Part shown: positions 1-10,654 of the stretch, in pieces | How positions within the stretch are numbered: position 1 is the stretch's first letter | Layout: each line of letters starts with the position of its first letter | Source: an uncultured Flavobacterium sp. | Lineage (GTDB): Bacteria; Bacteroidota; Bacteroidia; Flavobacteriales; Flavobacteriaceae | Reading direction: 5' to 3' | Assembly (NCBI GenBank): GCA_963513255.1 | Contig: CAUPPG010000001.1 | Location: 150,902-214,901, forward strand | DNA: 64,000 nucleotides | Made by a program: the position numbers and the translations under genes | The notes under the pieces: model-generated | What the model was told of the DNA's origin: nothing | The model's database searches: none | The model's input: only the letters and a program-made list of their open reading frames with translations

Positions 1-884
1 CGGCCGTTCAAACTCAATTCTAATTTGCCATCTACAATTCGAATAGCAAAATCAGGAACTACATTTTCAGTTATTTTATTATTTCCAGTAAAAGATCCCC
101 CAGGTTTTGGATTCAGTTTTTCAATCTCGTGAACCGCTTTTTTCAGTTGGTCGTTAGAAACATTGTATTTCTGTAAGAGCTTGTCGTAATGTTTTTTAGT
201 AAACGCATCAAATTGATTTTCGATAATATCAGTAGCTAATTCGATGTATTCCGTAGGTGTTTTGTGTTTGAGTTGCAACAATAAACATTCTTGTAAATCG
301 CGCGCGCCTACACCAGACGGCTCTAATTCGTGAATTACATGTAATAGGCGTTCTACGGTTTTTTCATCCGTGTAAACGGCTTGTGTAAAAGCCAAATCAT
401 CGACAATATCCGAAATGCTTCTTCGAATATAGCCCATATCGTCAATACTTCCCACTAAGAATTCTGCGATTTCTCGGTCGGCTTCTGTAAGGATAAACGT
501 ATTGAGTTGGTTAATTAAATCTTGGTGAAAACTAATCGGTGCCGCAAAAGGCGCATCGTGGTCCTCATCGTCATCGCTATAGTTGTTGGTTTGTGTTTTG
601 TAATCGGGAGTTTCGTCGTTGCTTAGATAATCGTCAATATTGATTTCTTCGGCATCGATGCGTTCTGATTCGGCATCATCATAATCGTCATAGTCTTCCG
701 TTTCAAATTCATCTTTTACATATTCCTCTTCTTCTTTTCCTGCTTCAAGTGCTGGGTTTTCGTTCATTTCTTCCAATAAACGTTGCTCAAAAGCTTGCGT
801 AGGCAACTGAATTAACTTCATCAACTGAATTTGTTGAGGAGATAATTTTTGGGATAATTTGAGATTTAGGAATTGCTTTAGCAT
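1..884 (-). CDS. rpoN: RNA polymerase sigma-54 factor, N-terminal part (runs off the left edge)
   Basis: Not in the ORF track. ATG at 884 reads MLKQFLNLKLSQKLSPQQIQLMKLIQLP, the Gln/Leu-rich region I of sigma-54, followed by an acidic linker and GVGARDLQECLLLQL. Confidence 0.93.
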   Translation of the reverse strand, partial: MLKQFLNLKLSQKLSPQQIQLMKLIQLPTQAFEQRLLEEMNENPALEAGKEEEEYVKDEFETEDYDDYDDAESERIDAEEINIDDYLSNDETPDYKTQTNNYSDDDEDHDAPFAAPISFHQDLINQLNTFILTEADREIAEFLVGSIDDMGYIRRSISDIVDDLAFTQAVYTDEKTVERLLHVIHELEPSGVGARDLQECLLLQLKHKTPTEYIELATDIIENQFDAFTKKHYDKLLQKYNVSNDQLKKAVHEIEKLNPKPGGSFTGNNKITENVVPDFAIRIVDGKLELSLNG

Positions 885-890
885 CTTTTT

Positions 891-960
891 TAGTTTAAAA
901 GCTTATAGGTTTAAAAGTTTAAAAGCCTAGATTAAGTAAACTTATAAACTTTTAAACTTT
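891..960. repeat. Degenerate ~8-bp tandem repeats (GTTTAAAA) followed by complementary units (TTTTAAAC)
   Basis: gtttaaaa gcttatag gtttaaaa gtttaaaa ... aaacttat aaactttt aaacttt in the asnS-rpoN spacer. Confidence 0.6.
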
Positions 961-969
961 CACCTTTTT

Positions 970-2403
970 TTAAAATTCCGCATTCATTGGCGTTCTTGGG
1001 AAAGGAATTACGTCACGAATGTTAGTCATACCCGTTACGAACAATACTAAACGCTCAAATCCAAGTCCGAAACCAGAGTGTACTGCAGAACCAAATCGAC
1101 GGGTGTCTAAATACCACCACAATTCTTCTTCGTCAATACCTAATGCTTTCATTTTTTCGACCAAGACATCGTAACGTTCCTCACGTTGTGAACCTCCTAC
1201 GATTTCTCCAATACCTGGAAAAAGGATGTCCATCGCACGAACGGTTTTTCCATCTTCATTCAAACGCATGTAAAACGCTTTAATATTCGCTGGATAATCA
1301 AACAAAATTACTGGACATTTAAAGTGTTTTTCAACCAAATAACGCTCGTGTTCTGACTGTAAATCAGCTCCCCATTCGTCAATGATATAACTGAATTTTT
1401 TCTTTTTATTTGGAGTAGATTCTCTTAAAATTTCAATAGCTTCGGTATAAGAAACACGTTTGAAATTGTTTTCTAATACAAAGTTTAATTTGTCTAACAA
1501 AGCCATTTCGCTACGTTCAGCCTGTGGTTTTTGTTTTTCTTCGTCCAACAAACGACTTTCCAAGAATTTCAAATCATCTGGACATTTGTCCATCGTGTAT
1601 TTAATTACATACTGAATAAAATCTTCGGCTAAGTCCATGTTGTCATCCAAATCATTGAACGCCACTTCAGGTTCAATCATCCAGAATTCAGCCAAGTGAC
1701 GAGAAGTATTCGAATTTTCGGCTCTAAAAGTAGGTCCGAAAGTATAAATTTGGCCCAAAGCCATTGCAAACGTTTCCCCTTCTAATTGTCCCGAAACGGT
1801 CAAGTTGGTTTCTTTGCCAAAAAAGTCTTTTTTGTAATCTACTTTTCCTTCTTCGTTTCTTGGCGTGTTGTCAAAAGGCAAAGCGGTTACTTTAAACATT
1901 TCGCCTGCACCTTCTGCATCCGAACCTGTAATGATTGGCGTATTTACATATACAAATCCTTTTTCTTGAAAATAAGTATGAACGGCATGTGCCAATACCG
2001 AACGCACACGCATAATGGCTCCAAAAGCGTTGGTTCTTACTCTTAAATGTGCATTTTCACGCAAGAATTCCAACGAGTGTTTTTTGGGTTGCATCGGAAA
2101 TTTCTCTGCATCCGAGTCACCTAAAATTTCTAATTGGTTGACTTGAATTTCATATTTCTGTCCAGCTCCTTTGCTCTCTACTAAACTTCCTGTAACCGAA
2201 ACCGAAGCTCCTGTTGTGATTCTTTTCAAGGTTTCTTCAGGCGTGTTTTCAAAATCCACCACACATTGAATATTGTTGATAGTCGAACCATCGTTCAACG
2301 CAATAAATTGATTGTTTCTAAAAGTTCTTACCCATCCTTTTGCATTTACTTCTTGAAGTGTCGTTGTACTGTTTAGTAAGTCTTTAACTTTTGTATGTTT
2401 CAT
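970..2403 (-). CDS. asnS: Asparagine--tRNA ligase
   Basis: OB-fold GWVRT, motif 2 [21 protein letters not shown], motif 3 GFGLGFER. Start moved to ATG 2403 (MKHTKVK). Confidence 0.97.
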   Translation of the reverse strand: MKHTKVKDLLNSTTTLQEVNAKGWVRTFRNNQFIALNDGSTINNIQCVVDFENTPEETLKRITTGASVSVTGSLVESKGAGQKYEIQVNQLEILGDSDAEKFPMQPKKHSLEFLRENAHLRVRTNAFGAIMRVRSVLAHAVHTYFQEKGFVYVNTPIITGSDAEGAGEMFKVTALPFDNTPRNEEGKVDYKKDFFGKETNLTVSGQLEGETFAMALGQIYTFGPTFRAENSNTSRHLAEFWMIEPEVAFNDLDDNMDLAEDFIQYVIKYTMDKCPDDLKFLESRLLDEEKQKPQAERSEMALLDKLNFVLENNFKRVSYTEAIEILRESTPNKKKKFSYIIDEWGADLQSEHERYLVEKHFKCPVILFDYPANIKAFYMRLNEDGKTVRAMDILFPGIGEIVGGSQREERYDVLVEKMKALGIDEEELWWYLDTRRFGSAVHSGFGLGFERLVLFVTGMTNIRDVIPFPRTPMNAEF

Positions 2404-2470
2404 TTTTATGGTATTGATATTAAAAATCAGCTTTATAAGCTGCAAATATAATTGTTTTTGTTTTTTTATA

Positions 2471-2548
2471 GAAGCTATTTCCCGCTATCCGCTGTATCTT
2501 TTACTTTTTAAAGAAAAAAGTAAAAGGATGCCGCTCTTATCGGGGCTA
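2471..2548 (-). repeat. ~78-bp structured dispersed repeat, copy 1 (possibly Flavo-1-like RNA motif)
   Basis: Minus strand TAGCCCCGATAAGAGCGGCATCC-hairpin-GATACAGCGGATAGCGGGAAATAGCTTC. A similar copy lies at 38817-38891. Confidence 0.75.
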
Positions 2549-4966
2549 GCGTTCCTGCTTTTCGAGATTGTCTATTTCTTCGTCAGAATGTTCAATAATG
2601 TCAATCTTAGGTTCGATGAATTCTTGTTCGTTAGCCAATGTCTTGTTCAACGTTAATACCAATGCCGGTAACAACATTAAATTGGACAACATTCCAAACA
2701 ATAAAGTTAAGGAAATAAGCCCTCCTAAAGCAATGGTACCGCCAAAACTAGATAGCATAAATACCGAAAACCCAAAATATAATACAATAGAAGTATAGAA
2801 CATACTCAGCCCAGATTCGTTAAATGTGGCATAGACCGACTTGCGAATTTTCCAATTGTTTTTCTTTAATTCTTCGCGATATTGAGCCAAAAATCGCAGC
2901 GTGTCGTCAACCGAAAGTCCAAACGCAATTCCGAAAACCAAAATGGTAGAAGGTTTCAACGGAATATCCAAAAAGCCCATAATTCCAGCAGTTAACAACA
3001 AAGGCAATAAATTTGGAATGATAGAAACCAAGACCATTTTGAACGATCGGAACATAAATGCTACCAAAAGCGCCGTTAGGAAAAAGGCAAAAATCAAGGA
3101 CGAAAGTAAGTTGTCTAGAAGATAGCCAGTTCCTTTTTGGAATACCAAGGCTTTTCCAGTGATTGTCACATGATTGCGATCGGGCGGAAAAATTTTGTCG
3201 GCTTCTTTTCTTATCTCGGCTTCAATTTCAGGAATTTTGCCCCCGTTTTCATCACGCATAAAAGTGGTAATACGAGCATATTGTCCAGTAGAATCCACAT
3301 AACTCTTCATCAGATTGCCTTTGTTGTTTCTAGTCGCATTTTTGGCATATGATAAAATAAAAGTCTGTTCTTGAGAAGTAGGCAATTCGTAGTATTCGGG
3401 ATTGCCGTTGTAATATGCCTGTTTAGAGTATTTGACTAAATTGACGATAGACATGGTTTTAGACAATTCCGGAATTTCCTCAATGGTTTGTTCCAATTCT
3501 TCCATTCGCTTGAGCGTGGATAACTTCATCACTCCTTTTTTGCGTTTGGTATCAATCATAATTTCCAAAGGCATTACTCCGTCAAATTCTTTTTCAAAAA
3601 AGACAATATCTTCAAAGAAAGGTTCTTTTTTAGGCATATCTTCAATCAAACTGCCCGAAATTCGCATTTGATAAACACCAATAATTCCAAAAATAAGCAA
3701 CACAATTGCCACTACATAAATCGAAAAGCGATTGTATTTTACATTGCGTAATATCCAGTCCATAAAGTTTTTTACAGAACCACGATCTAAATGTTTGATG
3801 TGACGGTCTATTGGAGCAGGAATATAGCTGTGAAAAATAGGGATAACAATAATACACAAAAAGAATAGCCCAATAATATTAATAGAAGTAACTACTCCAA
3901 ATTCCAATAAGAGCTGGTTGTTAGACGCAACAAAAGTCGCAAAACCAATGGCGGTAGTTACATTGGTCATCAATGTAGCCATTCCAATTTTAGTTGTAAC
4001 GCGTTGCAATGCCTTGGCTTTATTACCGTGCACTTTGTATTCTTGATGGTATTTATTAGTCAAAAAAATACAATTCGGAATTCCGATGACAATAATTAAT
4101 GAAGGAACCAATGCAGTCAACACTGTGATTTCATAATTGAAAAGGCCTAAGAATCCAAAAGACCACATTACTCCAATAATTACAATAATAATCGAAATTA
4201 AAGTGGCTCTAAAACTTCTAAAAAAGAAAAAGAAAAGTAATGAAGTGACTAATAATGAGGCGCCTATGAATAGCCCAATTTCTTTCACAATAGTCGCGGC
4301 ATTTAAGGTTCGAATATAGGGCATGCCCGAAACACGCAAATCAATGTTTGTTTCTTTTTCGAAGGCCTCAACTGCAGGAACCAAACGGTCAAGCACAAAA
4401 TCTTTCCGTGCTGGCGTATTCACGATTTTTTTATCCAAATAAATGGCTGAACGAATACTGCCTGATTTTTTATTAAAAAGAAGTCCTTCGTAAAAAGGCA
4501 AATTGGTAAAAAGTTCTTTTTTTATTTGAGCAAGATAGGCTTTGTTTCCTGTTTTTGTAGGATCCAAAAAAGGGACTAATTCAAATTTCTCTAAAGAATC
4601 ATTGCGTTGTAATTGTTGTAAATCGTTAATTGAAATGGCTAAATCGACTGCTTGATCTTTTTTAAGTTGATTCATTAATTTTGTCCAAGCGGCAAATGCT
4701 TTCGGGGTAAAAATAGCATCGTCTTTAATTCCGATAATGATGAGATTACCTTCTTCTCCAAACTTATTTAGGAAAGCATTGTATTCAATATTTACCACAT
4801 TATCATCGGGTAACATATTTGCTTCGGTGTGGGTAAAATGAATGTTTTTCCATTGTGTTGCCAACAAACCGGTTATGACTACCACTATGGATAGCATTAA
4901 AATCCTATTTCTAAGTACGATTCGGGCAAACAACTCCCAAAAACCTAAACTAAACCACTTGATCAT
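2546..4966 (-). CDS. MMPL/RND-family efflux transporter permease
   Basis: 806 aa with two repeats of periplasmic loop plus TM bundle, and the GLSVDD motif. Confidence 0.88.
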   Translation of the reverse strand: MIKWFSLGFWELFARIVLRNRILMLSIVVVITGLLATQWKNIHFTHTEANMLPDDNVVNIEYNAFLNKFGEEGNLIIIGIKDDAIFTPKAFAAWTKLMNQLKKDQAVDLAISINDLQQLQRNDSLEKFELVPFLDPTKTGNKAYLAQIKKELFTNLPFYEGLLFNKKSGSIRSAIYLDKKIVNTPARKDFVLDRLVPAVEAFEKETNIDLRVSGMPYIRTLNAATIVKEIGLFIGASLLVTSLLFFFFFRSFRATLISIIIVIIGVMWSFGFLGLFNYEITVLTALVPSLIIVIGIPNCIFLTNKYHQEYKVHGNKAKALQRVTTKIGMATLMTNVTTAIGFATFVASNNQLLLEFGVVTSINIIGLFFLCIIVIPIFHSYIPAPIDRHIKHLDRGSVKNFMDWILRNVKYNRFSIYVVAIVLLIFGIIGVYQMRISGSLIEDMPKKEPFFEDIVFFEKEFDGVMPLEIMIDTKRKKGVMKLSTLKRMEELEQTIEEIPELSKTMSIVNLVKYSKQAYYNGNPEYYELPTSQEQTFILSYAKNATRNNKGNLMKSYVDSTGQYARITTFMRDENGGKIPEIEAEIRKEADKIFPPDRNHVTITGKALVFQKGTGYLLDNLLSSLIFAFFLTALLVAFMFRSFKMVLVSIIPNLLPLLLTAGIMGFLDIPLKPSTILVFGIAFGLSVDDTLRFLAQYREELKKNNWKIRKSVYATFNESGLSMFYTSIVLYFGFSVFMLSSFGGTIALGGLISLTLLFGMLSNLMLLPALVLTLNKTLANEQEFIEPKIDIIEHSDEEIDNLEKQER

Positions 4967-5155
4967 TATTCGTTTTTTAAGCGATGCAAAGGTAAGTAAA
5001 GTGGGTTAATTTTCCTTGTTTTGCTTGGTTTGATTTTATTCTTTTTGAGATTGTAATCAGTGAAAGATTAAATTTAGGTTACTATTTGTATTACTATTAT
5101 AATTGCTATATTTGGTTTTTACATCTTTGTGAAAGATATAGTAGGCTTAATAGGT

Positions 5156-7426
5156 ATGAAAAATTATAAAAACGGGGCATTTTATATAGCTGTAACAGGA
5201 GGTTTTAGTGCGCTTATCTATTGGATTATTAAGGAAGGGAAGTTTCTCGAACTTAATAAATCGATTGTAAAAACGGCTAGCGAAAAAGGTTCTTGGAATG
5301 ATTTTGTGGATTCTATAGTACATAATCTACAAGATCCATTGGCTATACTTTTAGCCCAAATAGTGACTATAATTATTGTAGCTCGTTTTTTTGGTTGGGT
5401 ATTTAAAAAAATTGGGCAACCTACTGTGATTGGAGAAATCATCGCTGGAATTGTATTAGGTCCCTCGTTATTAGGGATGTATTTTCCTGAGTTTTCATCC
5501 ACATTATTTCCTGTTGAATCTTTAGGAAATTTAAAATTTTTGAGTCAGATAGGACTAATCCTTTTCATGTTTGTGATTGGAATGGAATTGGACTTGAAAG
5601 TACTTAAAAATAAAGCTAACGAAGCAGTTGTAATCAGTCATGCGAGTATTGTTATCCCTTTTGCATTGGGGATTGGATTGTCTTATTTTGTTTATAATCG
5701 TTTTGCGCCTGAGGGAGTTAAATTTTTATCTTTTGCCTTATTTATGGGTATTGCGATGAGTATTACTGCTTTTCCAGTCTTGGCTAGAATTGTTCAAGAG
5801 CGAGGGCTTCATAAAACCAAATTAGGAGCTATAGCGATTACTTGTGCTGCTGCCGATGATATTACGGCTTGGTGTTTATTGGCTGTGGTAATTGCTATTG
5901 TTAAAGCGGGAACGTTTGTTAGTTCTATGTACATAATTGGGTTAGCCGTTGTTTATGTTTTAGCCATGTTATTTATAGTGAAGCCATTCTTGAAACGTAT
6001 TGGGGAATTGTATGGTACGAAGGATACGTTGGTAAAACCGGTTGTGGCTATATTTTTTCTTACCTTGATTATTTCGTCGTATGCTACAGAAGTGATTGGA
6101 ATTCACGCTTTGTTTGGTGCTTTTATGACGGGTGCTATTATGCCGGATGTTCCTAAGTTTAGAACAATTTTTATAGAGAAAGTAGAAGATGTTTCTTTGA
6201 TATTATTATTACCATTGTTCTTTGTATTTACGGGTTTAAAGACAGAAATAGGTCTGATTAATGATCCGTATTTATGGAAAGTGACAGGGTTTATCATCTT
6301 GGTAGCTGTTGTTGGAAAATTTTTAGGAAGTGCTTTGGCAGCGAAATTTGTAGGTCAATCGTGGTCCGAAAGTTTGACTATTGGTGCTTTGATGAATACT
6401 AGGGGATTAATGGAATTGATTGTACTAAACATTGGTTTAGAATTGAAAGTATTAACTCCAGAAGTGTTTACTATGATGGTAATTATGGCTTTGGTTACTA
6501 CTTTTATGACAGGTCCTGCGCTTGATTTTATCAATTTTATTTTTAAAAATAAAGAGGTTATCACTCCCGAAATTGTTGTTAATAATGATAAATACAAGGT
6601 TCTAATTTCTTTTGGTAATAATGAAAAAGGTAAGTCCTTATTGCGTTTAGCGAACAGTTTAACGAAGAAGCAAAAAAAATCAGCTTCAATTACTGCGATG
6701 CATTTGTACTTAAGTGATGAAATGCACACGTTTAATACGGAAGAAATAGAGAAAGATAGTTTTGTGCCTATTTTAGAAGAATCTAAATCCTTGAACCAAG
6801 AAATCAATACGTTATTCAAAGCCACTATGGATATTGAAACTGAAATTGCTGATGTGGCTAATCAGGGTGATTATGATTTGTTATTAGTAGGCTTAGGAAA
6901 ATCTATTTTTGAAGGTACTATTTTGGGGAAAGTGATTGGATTTACTACCCGAATCATAAACCCAGACCGTTTGATAGATAAGTTCACAGGAAAAGAAGGT
7001 CTGTTTGAAAATTCTCCTTTTGACGAAAGAACGCGTCAAATTATATCCAAGACTAAAATGCCTTTAGGGATTTTAATTGACAAGGATTTACAGAGTGTGA
7101 ACAATGTATTTATTCCCATATTTACATCTGAAGATTCTTTTTTATTAGATTATGCTCAAAAATTAATTTTCAACAACAATTCGAAAATTGAAATACTTGA
7201 TGTGAATGGCGATATTCACAACAATTTTGTGGTCCAAAGCGCCTTAGAGTCTTTGGAACAAAAATACCCGAATAATATTAATTTGCTGGAAGACCGAATT
7301 GTAAAAAAAGAGTTTTTAGCCAATCAAGATGTAATGATTATTAGTCTAGAAAGCTGGAAGGCGCTTGTAGACTCTCGAAGTGTTTGGTTGAGTGGTATTC
7401 CTTCAGTGTTGATTTTAAAACCCTAG
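5156..7426 (+). CDS. Cation:proton antiporter (CPA2 family) with C-terminal USP-like region
   Basis: GQPTVIGEIIAGIVLGPS, SITAFPVLARI, AAADD, MNTRGLMEL. Start set at ATG 5156. Confidence 0.88.
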   Translation: MKNYKNGAFYIAVTGGFSALIYWIIKEGKFLELNKSIVKTASEKGSWNDFVDSIVHNLQDPLAILLAQIVTIIIVARFFGWVFKKIGQPTVIGEIIAGIVLGPSLLGMYFPEFSSTLFPVESLGNLKFLSQIGLILFMFVIGMELDLKVLKNKANEAVVISHASIVIPFALGIGLSYFVYNRFAPEGVKFLSFALFMGIAMSITAFPVLARIVQERGLHKTKLGAIAITCAAADDITAWCLLAVVIAIVKAGTFVSSMYIIGLAVVYVLAMLFIVKPFLKRIGELYGTKDTLVKPVVAIFFLTLIISSYATEVIGIHALFGAFMTGAIMPDVPKFRTIFIEKVEDVSLILLLPLFFVFTGLKTEIGLINDPYLWKVTGFIILVAVVGKFLGSALAAKFVGQSWSESLTIGALMNTRGLMELIVLNIGLELKVLTPEVFTMMVIMALVTTFMTGPALDFINFIFKNKEVITPEIVVNNDKYKVLISFGNNEKGKSLLRLANSLTKKQKKSASITAMHLYLSDEMHTFNTEEIEKDSFVPILEESKSLNQEINTLFKATMDIETEIADVANQGDYDLLLVGLGKSIFEGTILGKVIGFTTRIINPDRLIDKFTGKEGLFENSPFDERTRQIISKTKMPLGILIDKDLQSVNNVFIPIFTSEDSFLLDYAQKLIFNNNSKIEILDVNGDIHNNFVVQSALESLEQKYPNNINLLEDRIVKKEFLANQDVMIISLESWKALVDSRSVWLSGIPSVLILKP

Positions 7427-9901
7427 GTCTAAAATATAGCTGATTTTTACAGCTATATTGTCTTCAAATTTTAGAAGTCCGTTAGGCCCGTAACGATAAA
7501 ATCCCACTAGTCCCAGTCCTTTATAGATTTGGTTTAACTCAATACCAGATTCAAAGTATCCTTTGTTTAGTGTTTTAAAATCCAAACCCAAGTGGCGTTC
7601 AGGATGCTTTAAATTTCCCCAAGCCATTCGTGTTACAAAAACAAATGAAGGTTTAATTTTTTTGAAAAGTGTAATTTTTCGGAATCCATGCTTCAATTGA
7701 AAGTTTATGTATTCATTTGAGAAAAATTCGTTATAAAACATAGTATCAAAACTATTCTTTCCAGCAAAAGTGATACGTTGCATAATAGTTTCTTTAGTAA
7801 TATTATTTGGAGAGATGCTGTACAGATGTGTCAAAGGAAGTTCTCCAAAAGCATAGCCACCTTGGACAAATATACTCGTTTTTTGTCCGTTGAGATGGTT
7901 TTTTTCATATTCAGTTTTCACGTCAATTTTTCCAAAATCAAAATCATTCGGAGCAATTTTAGGGACTGATTTTGTAAATTGAAAAGTAAACTTTGGGAAA
8001 CGTTTTTCTACTTCAATTCTTCCAGTAGGTGTTTGCATATAATCGCTAAACGGGCTCCATTTTAAGGAAACCATTGCTGTTGTCATGGCATAGTTGGTAT
8101 ATGTTTTTCCGTTTAAAAGAAAAGTGTAATTGAACTTTGGTTCTAATTTGGAAGTTGCGATTTCCCATACACTTTCTGTTTTCGGAATTATTTTGGTTTC
8201 AACAAAAGCTCTCCAACTTTTAAAGTTATAAAAAGTACTAATATTAAAAGGTCTTGGGTCATAAATTTTGAAACCTCTTTTGTCGATGGAAAAAATTGTA
8301 CTTGCAATTTCTCGAACATCATCGGTATAGGAAATCCCAAACCACGAGTTGGTTTGCTCTCCTAAATGGACTCCCGTCCCAAAACTGTATTTGAATTTTC
8401 CATCCTTTGTGCCGTAGGCTGAGTAACCTTCCATTTTAATTGTTTTAGAGAAACGATCGTTGGTTGTTCCTCCAATACCAATTCGGAATCCTTCGTAGTT
8501 ATTGAAACTAAAAATTTTTCTAAGGTCTAAATCTATAGGTCCAGCCGGAAAAAATCCATTAATAAGTCGACGTCCAATTCTAATTTTTCGTTCTATTTGA
8601 TTCTTTATGGCGATACTGTCTAATATGGCATAGGTTTTTTGACTTCGAATATCCAAACTGTCTTTGCGATATTGATTCCAAAAATCATCGGTTGTATTTA
8701 TTGCCTCTTTGTTAATTTCAAGAGCAATGGCTCCATTTTTTATTTTGATTGGTTGATTCAACTGAAGTTCAAAATTAGTGCTTTTTGAAAGTAAATAGAC
8801 AAAATCAGAAGCCTCTTTTTTACGGGGTTTGAAGTCTTTTTCTGCATCACCTTGAAATTGTATTGTTCCTCCTAAAAGTTTTAAATCATCATCATTGTTT
8901 CCTTTGATAATTTTAAAAATCTTATTCGACGGAAACCATACTTGTTTTTGTGGAATGAAGTTAAATTCGTGCGTCCCGCTAATATCTAAAACACCTTTGA
9001 TTCGCATTACAGCTTTAGCAACTCCAAAAGTATTTCTGTCAATATATAATACGCCTTCTAATCCATTTGCTTTGTTTTTTTTCTTGTTTTTAAAGTGAAT
9101 CATGTACACATCCCGACCTTCAATTGCAGTAGAATCTAATAGTTGGTATTTGTATTCGTTAATAGCGTCGTTAGCAATTGGGCTATTGTATTTGGTTTCA
9201 AAAAGTTCATAATTCGAATCATAAATGGAAAAAGATTGAAGTTTAAAACCTAAAATTTCATAAATAGGTTGCTGAAGTCCGGCCATTTTGGTTCCTAAAA
9301 TAGTTTCTTTTAGTTGGTTTCCATCGTATTGGTATAAAGACACTTTTTCGGTTTGAAATAGGTGCTGCTTTTGTACCATCTTTTTAAATTTATAATTTGA
9401 CGAGTCAATTTTTATGTTATTTTTAAGAACTGATATGGTGTCAATCTTTGAATTTATAGAGTCTGGATTAGCAGTGATTACGAGGTTATAGTAACATTTA
9501 AATTCAAAGCTATCTAATTTTTTTAATGGATTGTTTTGTATTTTTTTAGCAATAACTTTTCGAATAATGGTAATGGCTGGATTTTCTCTGGGTATAATTA
9601 CTTCTTGTAAAGTATTTGTGTTTTGTTGCAAAGAAATTTGGTAAAATGATTTCCCTTTTTCTATAGGAGTTGTTTTTTTATCGTAACCAATATAAGAGAT
9701 TGTAAATTCACTAATTGGCGCCAATGTTGTAATATTGAATTTTCCATCAACATCTGAAATAGTATTCATTCCTGTAGTGATATAAATAGAAGCAAAGGGC
9801 AAGGGTTTATTATTGCTGGTGTCTTTAACAATGCCACTCAACTGAAATTGTGCTTGAATGGAAAGTGAGAACAATAGAAGAATAAAACAAAAGTACTTCA
9901 T
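7415..9901 (-). CDS. DUF5686 outer-membrane protein with N-terminal carboxypeptidase-regulatory-like domain
   Basis: Signal peptide, PLPFASI..SDVDGKF..ISYIGY, FNNYEGFRIG and terminal Phe. Overlaps the antiporter 3' end by 12 bp. Confidence 0.8.
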   Translation of the reverse strand: MKYFCFILLLFSLSIQAQFQLSGIVKDTSNNKPLPFASIYITTGMNTISDVDGKFNITTLAPISEFTISYIGYDKKTTPIEKGKSFYQISLQQNTNTLQEVIIPRENPAITIIRKVIAKKIQNNPLKKLDSFEFKCYYNLVITANPDSINSKIDTISVLKNNIKIDSSNYKFKKMVQKQHLFQTEKVSLYQYDGNQLKETILGTKMAGLQQPIYEILGFKLQSFSIYDSNYELFETKYNSPIANDAINEYKYQLLDSTAIEGRDVYMIHFKNKKKNKANGLEGVLYIDRNTFGVAKAVMRIKGVLDISGTHEFNFIPQKQVWFPSNKIFKIIKGNNDDDLKLLGGTIQFQGDAEKDFKPRKKEASDFVYLLSKSTNFELQLNQPIKIKNGAIALEINKEAINTTDDFWNQYRKDSLDIRSQKTYAILDSIAIKNQIERKIRIGRRLINGFFPAGPIDLDLRKIFSFNNYEGFRIGIGGTTNDRFSKTIKMEGYSAYGTKDGKFKYSFGTGVHLGEQTNSWFGISYTDDVREIASTIFSIDKRGFKIYDPRPFNISTFYNFKSWRAFVETKIIPKTESVWEIATSKLEPKFNYTFLLNGKTYTNYAMTTAMVSLKWSPFSDYMQTPTGRIEVEKRFPKFTFQFTKSVPKIAPNDFDFGKIDVKTEYEKNHLNGQKTSIFVQGGYAFGELPLTHLYSISPNNITKETIMQRITFAGKNSFDTMFYNEFFSNEYINFQLKHGFRKITLFKKIKPSFVFVTRMAWGNLKHPERHLGLDFKTLNKGYFESGIELNQIYKGLGLVGFYRYGPNGLLKFEDNIAVKISYILDLGF

Positions 9902-9953
9902 AAAAAAGCCTATTTTTCAGTAGTTTCAATTTTTGAATTACAAAAGTACACAT

Positions 9954-9986
9954 AAAAAAATCCGCCATAGTAATATGGCGGATTTT
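9954..9986 (-). terminator. Intrinsic terminator after frr
   Basis: AAAAAAATCCGCCAT-agtaat-ATGGCGGATTTT. Confidence 0.8.
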
Positions 9987-10006
9987 AATTTTATCGTAAG
10001 TTTTGA

Positions 10007-10570
10007 TTATACTTTCATGATTTCGGCTTCTTTTTCTACTAGAAGTTCGTCAATTTTTTTGATGTATGCATTAGTTAAATTTTGAACGTCATCTTCGGCA
10101 CTTTTACAAACATCTTCTGAAGTTCCGTCTTTTTCTAATTTTTTGATTTCGGTGTTGGCATCTTTACGCGCATTTCTAATTCCGATTTTAGCATCTTCAG
10201 CTTCTGATTTTGCTTGTTTAGCTAATTCACGTCTTCTTTCTTCTGTCAACGGCGGAACGCTAATAATTACTACATCTCCATTGTTCATTGGGTTGAAACC
10301 CAAATTAGCAATCATAATTGCTTTTTCAATGGCATGTAACATGTTTTTTTCGAAAGGCTGTAACGTAATCGTTCTTGCATCAGGAACACTTATTTTGGAT
10401 ACCTGAGAAAGAGGTGTAGCCGAACCGTAATAGTCAACAAAAACACTTCCTAACATTGCAGGAGATGCTTTTCCAGCACGGATATTTAAAAATGATTTTC
10501 CTAAATGCGCAATAGAACCTTCCATAGATTCTTTGGTACTATCTAATATAAATTCAATTTCTTCAGTCAT
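10007..10570 (-). CDS. frr: Ribosome recycling factor
   Basis: IRAGKASP, PPLTEERRREL, IRNARKDAN. Confidence 0.97.
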   Translation of the reverse strand: MTEEIEFILDSTKESMEGSIAHLGKSFLNIRAGKASPAMLGSVFVDYYGSATPLSQVSKISVPDARTITLQPFEKNMLHAIEKAIMIANLGFNPMNNGDVVIISVPPLTEERRRELAKQAKSEAEDAKIGIRNARKDANTEIKKLEKDGTSEDVCKSAEDDVQNLTNAYIKKIDELLVEKEAEIMKV

Positions 10571-10571
10571 T

Positions 10572-10633
10572 TTTAGATTATTTAGATTTTTAGATTATTT
10601 AGATTGTTGGAGCCTTTTGGTTTAACAATCTAA
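10572..10633. repeat. Degenerate 8-9-bp TTAGATT tandem repeats with a downstream inverted unit
   Basis: tttagatta tttagattt ttagatta tttagattgtt ... aacaatctaa, immediately upstream of the frr ATG. Confidence 0.6.
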
Positions 10634-10654
10634 GAAGTCTATTATGTCTTTTTA

